Assembly (NCBI GenBank): GCA_965215225.1
Contig: OZ244039.1
Location: forward strand, 926,552 to 990,551
Direction: 5' to 3'
DNA length: 64,000 bases
DNA from: Gammaproteobacteria bacterium
Lineage (GTDB): Bacteria; Pseudomonadota; Gammaproteobacteria; CBDBNL01; JAAOII01
The translations under genes and the position numbers were made by a program. Under the pieces are notes generated by a model, which saw only the letters and a program-made list of their open reading frames with translations, was not told the origin of the DNA and ran no database searches. Of this stretch, positions 9,931 through 21,000 are shown in pieces (positions within the stretch are counted from its first letter, which is position 1; each line of letters opens with the position of its first letter).

Positions 9931-10866
9931 ATGAGTAGTGCTTGGGATGGGCTACAAAATACTATTTGCATTACTCAGTTGCCTCATTATGCTATTAACA
10001 AAAGCTTACCTGAGGATAGTTTTTTTACTGATAGAGATGTAGCCAAGAGTTGTATGAGCACATTTCTTCGTGTTTGCGATAAGAACAATATAGACCTAAA
10101 AGGTTATACCTATATAGAGCCTTCGGCGGGGGAGGGTTGCTTTTACGATATAATCCCGCTGGGATATAGAAAAATAGGGTTGGACATCTTGCCAAGAAGT
10201 CCCAAGATAGAACAAGCGGATTATCTGAGATGGAGTCCAAAAATCAAGTCTAAGTATATTGTAATTGGCAATCCCCCTTTTGGAGTAAGAGGTGCTTTGG
10301 CATTAGCATTTATTAATCGTTCTTTTTTGTTTGCTGATATGGTTGCGTTCATTTTACCTATGTCTTTTTATAGTAATGGTAAGGGGAGCAATATGTCTCG
10401 TGTAAAGGGCGCATCACTTATTCATAATGAAAAGTTAAAAAGCGATGCCTTCTACTTACCAAACAACAATAAGAGAATGTCGGTTAATACTGTTTTTCAA
10501 ATATGGAGGAAGGGAAAGAATAAGCAAGTCTTTGTTAATTATGATGTGAGCGAGTATGTGGATATCTATACCTGTTGTTCCGCCCCCAATCGTTTTTGTG
10601 GCTTGGGGAGAGGTCGTGTTTATGATTGCTTTGTAGATTCTACATTTTATGGGAAGAATACAAAGATAGTTCATTCTTTTGATGAGGTAAAGTATGGGTC
10701 TGGCTATGGAATGATCATTAAGAAGGATAAGCAAAAGATATTATCCTTATTAAAGCGGGCGGATTGGGGGGACTATTCCTCAAAAGCAACCAATCATTGT
10801 AGGCATATTCGTATGCACCATATTCGTCAATACCTTGGTAATAACAAAATAGGGGCATTGAATTGA
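9931..10866 (+). CDS. Putative N6-adenine DNA methyltransferase (gamma-class motif order)
   Basis: FFT, IEPSAGEGCF (SAM-binding) followed by IGNPPFG (catalytic), then AFILP. Confidence 0.82.
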   Translation: MSSAWDGLQNTICITQLPHYAINKSLPEDSFFTDRDVAKSCMSTFLRVCDKNNIDLKGYTYIEPSAGEGCFYDIIPLGYRKIGLDILPRSPKIEQADYLRWSPKIKSKYIVIGNPPFGVRGALALAFINRSFLFADMVAFILPMSFYSNGKGSNMSRVKGASLIHNEKLKSDAFYLPNNNKRMSVNTVFQIWRKGKNKQVFVNYDVSEYVDIYTCCSAPNRFCGLGRGRVYDCFVDSTFYGKNTKIVHSFDEVKYGSGYGMIIKKDKQKILSLLKRADWGDYSSKATNHCRHIRMHHIRQYLGNNKIGALN

Positions 10867-11384
10867 TAACTGAAGAGATAGCGAAAGACTGTCTAAAAGA
10901 AAAGACAGAGGAGGCGAATTTCAGTCATTCAAAGTGGTTGGATAGTGAATTTGCTTCATTAAAATTTGCATCTTCTATAGCAAGGGGCTATATAGGAGAA
11001 AATTTTTTTGCTGGACTGTTGAAACTAATGGGATATAAGGATGTTAGGCTTGTCATGGGTTGGCGAGGGCATGATGATATAGCTATCAAATGGAAAGAGA
11101 AAGAATGTCTTATCGGAGTAAGGGTGGCAACAAAAGATGTGCATTCCAATTTTCAATTTATTGGTATAGGGCATGATACAGGGTACGCACATCTTTTCTG
11201 TTTGGGCATATCGCCCAACTCGATAGGTTATTTGATCATACCAGAGAATGAGCTAGATGATCATAGCCTTGCTTCTATAGCAAGAGGAAGTAACGATCAA
11301 TTCAAAATCACAAAGAAAGACACTCTAATGAGGTCTTTTGATTTGTTTGAAAGTGATGTAAAGGCAATGATGAATAGCCTATAG
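10863..11384 (+). CDS. PD-(D/E)XK-like restriction endonuclease homolog with a degenerate catalytic motif
   Basis: RGYIGE...DDIAIK...IGVRVAT...FQF...HLFCLG; 4-nt overlap with the methyltransferase gene. Confidence 0.5.
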   Translation: MITEEIAKDCLKEKTEEANFSHSKWLDSEFASLKFASSIARGYIGENFFAGLLKLMGYKDVRLVMGWRGHDDIAIKWKEKECLIGVRVATKDVHSNFQFIGIGHDTGYAHLFCLGISPNSIGYLIIPENELDDHSLASIARGSNDQFKITKKDTLMRSFDLFESDVKAMMNSL

Positions 11385-11397
11385 TTCTCTTATTTGC

Positions 11398-12078
11398 CTA
11401 TTTGGGCTTTGATTTTTCTATTTTTTTTCTATTAAGGTGCCCTTTGATGCCTGTTTCTTCATTCCATCCGCCCAAAAAGAGCCAAGAATTGACTATATTA
11501 CAGAAAAGGTCGGCAGTTTTTTGGGCATCATAGATGGCTGAATGAGCTTCATCGGCATTAAAACCTAATCTTGCCTTTTCACAGGCAAGAGAGAGAATGG
11601 TCTGACCATAGGCTAGGGCTGCTAGGGATACAGTATCTATAACGGAAAAGGAATGAAAGGGGTTCTTTTTTTCTAGGCCACATCTTTTGACAGCCCTATT
11701 GAGGAAAGCCAAGTCAAAGTGGGCGTTATGACCTACTAGTATGGCTCTTCTAGAGTTTTCTCTCTTCATTCGCTTTTGGACCTGATTAAAAATATAGGTT
11801 AGAACCTCCTTTTCTTCTTTGGGAAACCGCAAAGGATAGTCTGGGTCTATCTGGTTAATTTCTAAGGCTTCTTTGTCAATGACGGAACCGGCGAAGGGGA
11901 TGATGTGTTCGCATATGCTATCCTTGGCAACCAATAGACCGTTTTTTTCTAACTGAAAGAATACCACCGCTATTTCCAATAGGGGATTTTGATGCACATC
12001 CACGCCGCCTGTTTCTAAATCCACTGCAACTGGAAAGAAACCGCGAAAGCGATTGTAAAGGCTATTGGTTCTAGGCAT
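11398..12078 (-). CDS. rnt: Ribonuclease T
   Basis: RFRGFFPVAVDLETGG, LVGHNAHFD, LAYGQTIL and AHSAIYDA (DEDDh family). Confidence 0.96.
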   Translation of the reverse strand: MPRTNSLYNRFRGFFPVAVDLETGGVDVHQNPLLEIAVVFFQLEKNGLLVAKDSICEHIIPFAGSVIDKEALEINQIDPDYPLRFPKEEKEVLTYIFNQVQKRMKRENSRRAILVGHNAHFDLAFLNRAVKRCGLEKKNPFHSFSVIDTVSLAALAYGQTILSLACEKARLGFNADEAHSAIYDAQKTADLFCNIVNSWLFLGGWNEETGIKGHLNRKKIEKSKPK

Positions 12079-13117
12079 TAAGGCTCCAGTTTAACACCTC
12101 GCCTGCAGCTAAGGGAATCAATTCTATGCCGTTTTGGTTAATCTTAGCAGGAACCTGACAGGGTTCGCGCACCAGCTCAATTTCTTCGCTTGTCAGTGGG
12201 AAGTTATAAAAATTAGCTCCATTACGGGCGGCAAAATCTGCTAAGAGATGGGCTATTCCCAGTTCAGCAAAAATATCGGCATAGATTTCCAATAGGAAGG
12301 GCGCGCTAAAGACACCAGCGCAGCCATGCGCCGTTTCCTTGTCCTGGCGGGCATGAGGAGCAGAGTCGCTACCTAAGAAGACACGCTTGAAACCATTGGC
12401 CAGCAGCTCGCAAAGTGCCAAACGGTCTGGTTCTTTTTTCAGTAGTGGTTTGCAGTAAAGGTGGGGCTTTATATAGGTGGCAAGCATATGGTTGCGGTTG
12501 TATCTAAGATGTTGAGGGGTGATAGTTGCGGCAGTTTTGGTTGAGGACTCTTTTAAGTATGCCACCGCTTCCTTCGTGCTGATATGCTCCAAAGTAATTC
12601 TTAATTGAGGGAATCTAGCGCGCAGCCCAGGCAACTCATCATCAATGAATATTCGTTCGCGCGCAAAAACATCGCCGCTCATGCTTTCACCATGAACCAA
12701 GAGAGGAACATCCCACTCCTCCATAGCCTCAAGCAATTCATAGCACTTCGCTATATTTTTCACTCCCTCATCCGAGTGGGTAGTGGTGCCAGCTGGATAC
12801 CACTTTACCGCGAAGAAATCGCTGATTTCTAGTGCTAGCTTTAGTTCTTCCTTGCTGAGGTTTTCAGTTAGATAAAGAGTAAAGAGCGGTTGGAGGCTGG
12901 TATTACTAGGCAGATTTTGTTTAATGAGCCTTCCATAATCTCTTATTTGGTCTGCACTTGTGATAGGATTGATAAGGTTCGGCATGGCAACACATCTTTT
13001 GAAACAGCGAGCGGAAGCCGCCAGCGTAATCGGCAGCAAAGCACCTTCGCGCAAATGGACATGCCAATCATCTGGTTTGGGTAAGCGAATTTTTTCTATC
13101 TTTTGCATCTTTTCCAT
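12071..13117 (-). CDS. pyrC: Dihydroorotase
   Basis: PDDWHVHLR, MPNL, KWYPAGTTT, LEHIST and GSDSAPH. Confidence 0.96.
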   Translation of the reverse strand: MEKMQKIEKIRLPKPDDWHVHLREGALLPITLAASARCFKRCVAMPNLINPITSADQIRDYGRLIKQNLPSNTSLQPLFTLYLTENLSKEELKLALEISDFFAVKWYPAGTTTHSDEGVKNIAKCYELLEAMEEWDVPLLVHGESMSGDVFARERIFIDDELPGLRARFPQLRITLEHISTKEAVAYLKESSTKTAATITPQHLRYNRNHMLATYIKPHLYCKPLLKKEPDRLALCELLANGFKRVFLGSDSAPHARQDKETAHGCAGVFSAPFLLEIYADIFAELGIAHLLADFAARNGANFYNFPLTSEEIELVREPCQVPAKINQNGIELIPLAAGEVLNWSLNA

Positions 13118-13302
13118 CTTTCCCCATCAAAGAAAGCCTATAAAACGAGTCATATGGATGATTATTGGCTCTCAGATGGCTTTTAATTTTACTCAACCTA
13201 TCATAGCCTATACTCTCTGATGATGAAAAAAAATCATTAGATTGAAGCCAAGCTAACTCGCTATAATTGAAATAGAATCACCCTATCAATGATTTTATTC
13301 CT

Positions 13303-15324
13303 ATGCAAGAGCTAACCAATTTTCATCTCATTAAGCCTCTGGAGCTGGTATCAAGAGTCCAAGAGGTCATTGCCCTCAATAAGAAGACTATTGGTGAGAT
13401 GATTACTCATTATCAGGATGATTCCGTTCCGCTTGATTGGAATGGCACCATGCAGCTGCTTGATGATAGGGATGAGGCCCTATGGGAGCATCTCTTTGAT
13501 CCAGTTGCTCATCTTAAATCTGTTGTCGAGACAGATGAGATAAGGAAAGCCTATAATCAAGCGGAGCCTCTGATAACCGCCTACCAAACCGAGCTAGATC
13601 AAAACCGCCAGTTGTTTGATCTTCTGACAAGATTGCGCCATCAAGAACCGGCTCGGCTGAGCGAAGCCCAGATGCAACAGCTGGATAACTATTTGCATGA
13701 TTGTCGTTTGGCAGGGGTAGATCTGCCAGAGGGTAAAAGAAAGGAGTATAGAGAGATAGATCAGCGCCTGGCAAAATTATGCACCAAATTTAGTGAGAAC
13801 CTGTTAGACGCCACTCAGGCTTGGAGCAAATTTATAAAGGATGAAAAGGCTTTGGCTGGTGTGCCTCAGGGAGACAAGGAACAGCTATATTATCACAGCG
13901 AAGAAAAGACAGGATACATGCTAAGCTTACAACTGCCCTGCTATCTTGCCATTATTCGTTATGCGGATAGAGAGTCCTTGAGAAAGGAAATTTACACCGC
14001 CTATATCACCCGTGCTTCTGGCTTGGGTCCTCAAGCAGGGCAATATGACAATAGCGCTCTTATGGCAGAAATACTAGCTAAGCGTTATCGTCTTGCTGAG
14101 CTCTTAGGTTATAAAAATAGCGCAGCCATGTTGATGACACGCAATATGGTGCGCGACCCACTTGAGATAAAGGAATTTTTATTGGACTTGGCTGCTCGGA
14201 CTAAAACCCGAGCTCAACAAGAAGCCGAAGAATTGACCAGCTTTGTTCATAGACATAAGAAAGAATTTCATCCTTGGGACATTAATTACTATAGTGAGAA
14301 GCTAAGAAAGCAAAAGCATGATCTTTCTGCCGAAGAACTCAGAAGTTATTTTGTAGTTCAACCAGTGTTTGAAAATATGTTTCGACTTGCCGAAAAATTG
14401 TTTGGCGTTCGTTTTGTTAGGATAAGGGATTTTGACACCTGGCATGAGGATGTTCAGCTCTTTGCTATGAAGCGGGATGACAGCATATTGGGTTATCTTT
14501 ATTGTGATCTCTATGCGCGCAACCATAAGCGGGGAGGCGCCTGGATGGATGAGAACCGTCAGCGCCGCCGCCTTAGTGATGGGTCCTTACAGCTGCCGGT
14601 TGCTTATTTGGTTTGTAATTTTCGCCGCCCCCTAGATGGAGAGGCAGCCCTTTTGCTTCATGAGGAGGTTGTTACCTTGTTTCATGAATTCGGCCATTGT
14701 CTTCATCACCTACTCACTCAGGTGGAATGTCGCGGCGTTGCTGGTATTAATGGTGTGGCTCACGATATGATAGAGCTACCAAGTCAGCTGATGGAGAATT
14801 GGTGTTGGGAGGAGGATTTTTTGCTAGAGATTACCTGTCATCATAAGACCAAGAAGCCTTTGCCCAAGTCTTTGCTAAGCAATCTCTTGGCGGCGAGGAA
14901 TTTTCAAAGCGGATTGATGACTGCGCGTCAGCTAGAGTTTGCCCTTTTTGATATCCGCCTTCACAGCGAATTTGCCAAGACAAAGATAACTCCTCAATTG
15001 GTCCAGCAGACCTATGATGAGGTGAGAGGGGAGTTGAATCTCTTGCCTTCGGCAGCTTTTAATAGGTTTCCAAATGGTTTCAGTCATATTTTTGCCGGTG
15101 GATATGCAGCTGGCTATTATGCTTACAAATGGGCGGAGATAATGGCGGATGATATCTATGCTGCTTTTGTCCAACAAGGCATCTATGATAGTGAATTGGC
15201 TCAAAGAGTTAAGCGGCATATCTTTGAAAGGGGAGGGGTCGGCAAGGCAATGGCTAATTTTGTTGAGGTATTGGGAAGAGAGCCGGATATGGCCGCTTTT
15301 CTACGCCATAAAGGCTTAATATAG
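13303..15324 (+). CDS. prlC: Oligopeptidase A (M3 family)
   Basis: FHEFGHCLH zinc motif; KRGGAWMD, ELPSQLMENW and FSHIFAGGYAAGYY. Confidence 0.93.
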   Translation: MQELTNFHLIKPLELVSRVQEVIALNKKTIGEMITHYQDDSVPLDWNGTMQLLDDRDEALWEHLFDPVAHLKSVVETDEIRKAYNQAEPLITAYQTELDQNRQLFDLLTRLRHQEPARLSEAQMQQLDNYLHDCRLAGVDLPEGKRKEYREIDQRLAKLCTKFSENLLDATQAWSKFIKDEKALAGVPQGDKEQLYYHSEEKTGYMLSLQLPCYLAIIRYADRESLRKEIYTAYITRASGLGPQAGQYDNSALMAEILAKRYRLAELLGYKNSAAMLMTRNMVRDPLEIKEFLLDLAARTKTRAQQEAEELTSFVHRHKKEFHPWDINYYSEKLRKQKHDLSAEELRSYFVVQPVFENMFRLAEKLFGVRFVRIRDFDTWHEDVQLFAMKRDDSILGYLYCDLYARNHKRGGAWMDENRQRRRLSDGSLQLPVAYLVCNFRRPLDGEAALLLHEEVVTLFHEFGHCLHHLLTQVECRGVAGINGVAHDMIELPSQLMENWCWEEDFLLEITCHHKTKKPLPKSLLSNLLAARNFQSGLMTARQLEFALFDIRLHSEFAKTKITPQLVQQTYDEVRGELNLLPSAAFNRFPNGFSHIFAGGYAAGYYAYKWAEIMADDIYAAFVQQGIYDSELAQRVKRHIFERGGVGKAMANFVEVLGREPDMAAFLRHKGLI

Positions 15325-15445
15325 TGAAGCCTCTATTGGTTCTTCTATCTATCTCAGCCTGGCGATTGTTTATATATGGGCAGTGGTTCAGCAAGCAGAA
15401 CTCTGAGGTGCTAGAATAGATTCTTATTAATCAAATGGAACAGAC

Positions 15446-15880
15446 ATGAAATACTTACATACTATGATTCGGGTCACAGATTTAGACCAATCTGTTGATT
15501 TTTTCTGTAATAAGTTGGGGATGAAGGAAGTGCGCCGCCGTGAAGATGAGAGGGGCAAATTCACTTTGGTATTCTTGGTTGCTAAGGAAGATGAGGGCAA
15601 GGAAAATCCTCCTCTCATTGAATTGACCTATAACTGGGATAGTGATGAGGAATATACTGGCGGTCGCAATTTCGGTCATCTGGCTTATAGAGTTAAGAAC
15701 ATCTATGAACTATGCCAACAGCTGATGGATGAGGGCATTGTCATTAATCGACCTCCTCGCGACGGCAGGATGGCTTTTATTCGCACCCCAGACAACATAT
15801 CCATAGAGTTGTTGCAAGAAGGAGATGCTTTACTACCAGCTGAACCCTGGCAGTCCATGCCCAATAGCGGCAGCTGGTAA
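15446..15880 (+). CDS. gloA: Lactoylglutathione lyase (glyoxalase I, VOC family)
   Basis: [19 protein letters not shown] and IELLQ. Confidence 0.9.
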   Translation: MKYLHTMIRVTDLDQSVDFFCNKLGMKEVRRREDERGKFTLVFLVAKEDEGKENPPLIELTYNWDSDEEYTGGRNFGHLAYRVKNIYELCQQLMDEGIVINRPPRDGRMAFIRTPDNISIELLQEGDALLPAEPWQSMPNSGSW

Positions 15881-15888
15881 TTGCCGCG

Positions 15889-16833
15889 ATGGATGAGGTT
15901 TTAATAATTGGCTCTGGGCCAGCTGGCTATACAGCTGCCATCTATGCGCTGCGCGCTGGCTTAAAGACCTCGCTGATTGCTGGCCTCCAGCCGGGCGGCC
16001 AACTGACTGATACTACCGATGTAGATAATTGGCCAGGCCATGCAAATGGAGTGCAGGGACCCGAACTAATGGAGGCTATGAAGAAGCAGGTTGAAAACCT
16101 CGGCTGTTCAATCCATGCCGACAGGATTAAGGCAGTTGATTTGTCTCAGCCTTCTTTTGTTGCCCAAGGAGAAAGGAAGTCTTATCAGGCCCATTGCCTC
16201 ATTATTGCAAGCGGTGCTTCGCCTCGGCTGCTTGGATTAGCCAGTGAGCAAAACTATTTTGGCAAGGGAGTTAGCACCTGCGCTACCTGCGATGGTTTTT
16301 TCTATCGTAATAAGAAGGTTGCAGTCATTGGAGGAGGCAATACCGCACTTGAAGAGTCCCTATATCTAGCCAATATTGCCGCTCAGGTTATTCTGGTTCA
16401 TCGGAGAGACCAGTTGCGCGGCGACAAGATTCTCCAACAAAGGCTGTTTCAACGGGCGGATGAGGGGAAGGTTCAGTTTCATTGGAATCGGATAGTGACT
16501 GAGATCCTGGGCGAGAAGACAGGTGTTAATGGCATAAGAGTAAAGGACACCGAAAGCGACAAGGAGGAAGACCTAGCAGTAGATGGAGTCTTTATCGCCA
16601 TAGGCCATATTCCCAATAGTGATTTCCTTCCGCCTCAGCTGGCGATGGAAAATGGTTATGTGAAGCTAAAAGGTCTCTTAGGTGCAGGTTTTACTCAAAC
16701 TTCCGTGAAAGGAATATTTGCTGCTGGCGATGTGGCGGATTATCATTATCGGCAAGCGGTCACGGCAGCGGCTATGGGTTGTATGGCGGCTTTAGATGCT
16801 AAGGACTATTTGATCTCTAAGGGACTAGCCTGA
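15889..16833 (+). CDS. trxB: Thioredoxin reductase
   Basis: IIGSGPAG, CATCDG, GGGNTA and FAAGDV. Confidence 0.97.
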   Translation: MDEVLIIGSGPAGYTAAIYALRAGLKTSLIAGLQPGGQLTDTTDVDNWPGHANGVQGPELMEAMKKQVENLGCSIHADRIKAVDLSQPSFVAQGERKSYQAHCLIIASGASPRLLGLASEQNYFGKGVSTCATCDGFFYRNKKVAVIGGGNTALEESLYLANIAAQVILVHRRDQLRGDKILQQRLFQRADEGKVQFHWNRIVTEILGEKTGVNGIRVKDTESDKEEDLAVDGVFIAIGHIPNSDFLPPQLAMENGYVKLKGLLGAGFTQTSVKGIFAAGDVADYHYRQAVTAAAMGCMAALDAKDYLISKGLA

Positions 16834-17579
16834 TGACGACCATTAACCAACTGGTTAGCTATATTGATGAGCTCTTGGATACAGACTGTCAAGACTATTG
16901 TCCCAATGGCTTACAGGTAGAAGGGCAATATGAAGTGAAGCACATTGTATGTGGGGTGACTGCCAGTGAGGAATTGATAAGAGCCGCTGTCGATAAAGGA
17001 GCGGATACCCTGCTGGTTCATCATGGCTATTTCTGGCGTAATGAGGATATGAGAGTGGTTGGAATGAAGAAGAGAAGACTTCATTTGTTGTTTCAACACA
17101 AGCTGAATCTGCTGGCTTATCACCTGCCCTTGGATCTCCATCCCACCATAGGCAATAATGCCCAGATTGGTAGCAAACTGGGTGTAAAAATAGAAGGCAA
17201 TTTACCACCCCCTGCCATAGGCCAGTTTGGCACCTTGCCCTCAGCCGTATCGCCGCAAGATTTCCTTCAACAATTAGAGACAATTTTTGCTCGCCAGCCC
17301 CTCCATCTTAGTGGCGGTAATAAGAAAATTAGTAGGCTAGCCTGGTGTTCTGGCGCGGGACAGAGTTTTATTGTTCAAGCACATCAATTAGGGGTGGATG
17401 CTTATATTAGTGGAGAGGTTTCTGAACAGACCTATCACTTTGCCCGTGAAAATAGGATAGATTACTATGCTATAGGACATCACGCTAGCGAACGCTATGG
17501 AGTTCAGAAATTAGCGGAGCTCTTGGCAGCTGAGTTTGGTCTCAAGCAAGAATATGTCGAGCTGCTAAATCCAGTATGA
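16833..17579 (+). CDS. Nif3-like dinuclear metal-centre protein (YbgI family)
   Basis: DYCPNGLQVEG, LVHHG, YHLPLD and GHHASERYG. Confidence 0.93.
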   Translation: MTTINQLVSYIDELLDTDCQDYCPNGLQVEGQYEVKHIVCGVTASEELIRAAVDKGADTLLVHHGYFWRNEDMRVVGMKKRRLHLLFQHKLNLLAYHLPLDLHPTIGNNAQIGSKLGVKIEGNLPPPAIGQFGTLPSAVSPQDFLQQLETIFARQPLHLSGGNKKISRLAWCSGAGQSFIVQAHQLGVDAYISGEVSEQTYHFARENRIDYYAIGHHASERYGVQKLAELLAAEFGLKQEYVELLNPV

Positions 17580-17682
17580 TGTCAGTGTGATGCCAACATG
17601 ACGCTAATATGACACCAATATGATGAAAGACAAATCCACTATTCAAATCAATAAGCAGCATACGAATCCAGCACATGCTAGT

Positions 17683-18012
17683 ATGATGAAGGACAAACCC
17701 GCTATTCAAATAGTCATGACCTGTTGCGAAGGGAAAGACCAAGCCCAGCATATTGCGAAGTTGTTGGTAGAGGAGAAACTGGCTGCTTGTGTTAATCTGA
17801 TGCCAGTCACCAGTGTCTATAGCTGGAAGGGCAAGCTGGTGGAAGAAGGCGAACAGTTGCTATTGATAAAAACAGCCGCCTCTCTCGCCCCTAGGTTGCA
17901 ACAACGAATTAAGGAGCTGCACTCCTATGAGGTGCCAGAGATAGTCCATCTCAATGCTGCGGAAGTGGAAGAGACCTATCTTAATTGGTTGCTGGGAGAG
18001 GTTTCTATTTAA
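17683..18012 (+). CDS. cutA: Divalent-cation tolerance protein CutA
   Basis: LAACVN, SVYSWKG and HSYEVPE. The upstream in-frame ATG at 17620 lies in a duplicated copy of the start region. Confidence 0.92.
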   Translation: MMKDKPAIQIVMTCCEGKDQAQHIAKLLVEEKLAACVNLMPVTSVYSWKGKLVEEGEQLLLIKTAASLAPRLQQRIKELHSYEVPEIVHLNAAEVEETYLNWLLGEVSI

Positions 18013-18071
18013 CTTTTTTTGGACAAAAAAATATCCAGATATAATAGAAGAAGAACATAAAAAGGAGTATA

Positions 18072-21000
18072 ATGAATTGTTATATGTGTTCTTTAATTGA
18101 GCTTTTCTCTAGGCGCTTGCTTATATTAAGTGGTTTTCTATTTGCTGAGTTCTATTTTTTAACACGCCTCATGATGACCCCCTGCTTACTTTATCTGGCA
18201 AGGGGGCGTTCAGTTCTTTTCTTATTAGCAGGAATTAGCTTCTTAGTTCTTATTGCTTGTAGCGGAGGTGGGGGAGGCAGTGATTCGATGGACGGTGATC
18301 CGGGTGGCAATAGATCGATAGACGGTAGTTTAGGAGGGGGTTCTCCCAGAGCTTTTGAAGTGGATATCACTTTTGCTCCTATAAGCGGCGGTTTTCGCAT
18401 AGGTAACCAATCGGACTTTGGCGATTTCGTTTCTTTGAACATTACGGCAACCAGTGGAAACGGGTCGGTAATAGAAGAAAGAAATATCAACATAGCCGAA
18501 TTTATTGATGACAACTATGAATTTACTGGGTTGAATGATCAATTCGATTGGACTTTTGCGATTAGAGGCACTCTTCGTGATGGCAGTCAGCAAGAGGTAA
18601 TGATAGCTTTTGTTTGGGAAGAGAATGAGGAAGACCACGCAAGCGGTGGTATTCGGTCGGGAATCAATAAAGATGGAGATGGGCGAGTGGATAGTGTGGA
18701 TGAGGATGATGATGGAGATGGGCTAGATGATAGTTCAGACCAATGCCGTGTTGGTGAGACAGATTGGATGAGCAATCGTTCTACTGACCATGATGGGGAT
18801 GGTTGCCGAGATGCAAGTAGTGAGGATAATGATGATGATAATGATGAGGTAGATGATATTTCAGATGGATGTTCTCGTGGTGAGACAGATTGGATGAGCG
18901 ATCGTTCTACTGACCATGATGGGGATGGTTGCCGAGATGATGGTGAGGATACAGATGATGATAATGATGAGGTAGATGATATTTCAGATGGATGTTCTCG
19001 TGGTGAGACAGATTGGATGAGCAATCGTTCTACTGACCATGATGGGGATGGTTGCCGAGATGCAAGTAGTGAGGATACAGATGATGATAATGATGAGGTA
19101 GATGATATTTCAGATGGATGTTCTCGTGGTGAGACAGATTGGATGAGCAATCGTTCTACTGACCATGATGGGGATGGTTGCCGAGATGCAAGTAGTGAGG
19201 ATAATGATGATGATAATGATGAGGTAGATGATATTTCAGATGGATGTTCTCGTGGTGAGACAGATTGGATGAGCAATCGTTCTACTGACCGTGATGGGGA
19301 TGGTTGCCGAGATGATGGTGAGGATACAGATGATGATAATGATCTATTGCCAGATTTGATGGATACAGGCATGGTTGATGGAAGGGAGTGTCGTTTGCAT
19401 GAGGATTGTGATAATGATGAGATAGGCGATAGTCCAGACCAATGCCGTGTTGGTGAGACGGATTGGAGGAGTAATCGTTCTACTGACCATGATGGGGATG
19501 GTTGCCGAGATGATGGTGAGGATACAGATGATGATAATGATCTATTGCCAGATTTGATGGATACAGGCATGGTTGATGGAAGGGAGTGTCGTTTGCATGA
19601 GGATTGTGATAATGATGAGATAGGCGATAGTTCAGACCAATGCCGTGTTGGTGAGACGGATTGGAGGAGTAATCGTTCTACTGACCATGATGGGGATGGT
19701 TGCCGAGATGATGGTGAGGATACAGATGATGATAATGATGAGGTAGATGATATTTCAGATGGATGTTCTCGTGGTGAGACAGATTGGATGAGTAATCGTT
19801 CTACCGATCATGATGGGGATGGTTGCCGAGATGATGGTGAGGATACAGATGATGATAATGATGGGTTGGATGATGGTTTGGACCTATGTCCTACCGGTGT
19901 GACGGACTGGACGAGGAATGGTTCTAGCGATCATGATGGGGATGGTTGCCGTGATGCAGATGAGGATACAGATTGTAGCGACTCTATTGCTGGGGTTGAG
20001 TGCAGTATCGATCTTGGCGGCACTACTGATGAATTCCTTAGGGCTAGCGATAGAGACTATTTCGTTGTTGACTTAGAAGAAGCGGGGATCTTAAGCCTTT
20101 GGATACTAGGTTCTCTGAATATAGAGGTCTCTTTGCTTAATGAAGAAGAGGCTTCTCGCTTAAGGGATGAGGGGAATAGTAGTACTTCGCGTCCCTATGA
20201 TCAAAATTATGCCGGCGATCAATATTTCTATGAGCTAGCTGCCGGGAGACACTATTTGGAGATAGTCAATAAAGGTCCTCCGATATCTCTTACCTTAGTC
20301 ACCTCTTTTCAACCAGCCCTGATAGATTCTTGCGGCTCTACTCAGAACACAGCTTGTCCATTGGACAATTTGATTAATTTGGCTAGTGGGAGTATCTATT
20401 CTACCAATGGGAGCATCTATCCCATCAATGACAGTGATATGTTTAAATTTTATATTACAAGGCCTGGGCGATTAACTTTTTGGTTGGAGAGCCAATTGGA
20501 TAGTGAAGCATCTTTGCGGGATGAGGATGGAAACCGGTTAGTCTATGACGACGATGGCGGCTATGGCTATGATTTCAAAATATCACAAAATGTTCACTCT
20601 CTTGGGCGTGGGCTCTATTATCTCGATATTACCAGTGGTTTTTCCTCGTTGGACTATCCCCGCTTTGGTCCTTATGAATTGTTCGTCCAATTTATTCCGA
20701 TGGGGGAGGAGCGAAGGTGCGAATTGGCGGATACAGTGGGAGGAAGCCAGCCCAATCGAACAGCTGATCCTCTATTAGCTTATCAATGGTATCTGGATAG
20801 AATAGGGGTGAAAGAAGTTTGGGCTGAGGGCCATGAGGGGCAAGGGGTTCATATATCCGTAGTGGACAATGGTTTGGATATGATGCATGAGGATCTAATA
20901 CAGAATATTATAGCTAATGCAAGCCGCAATTATCTGGTGAAGGAAGATCATCCATCAAGACATAGCCCTTTACCAACTGATTGCTGGGAAGATGGTCATG

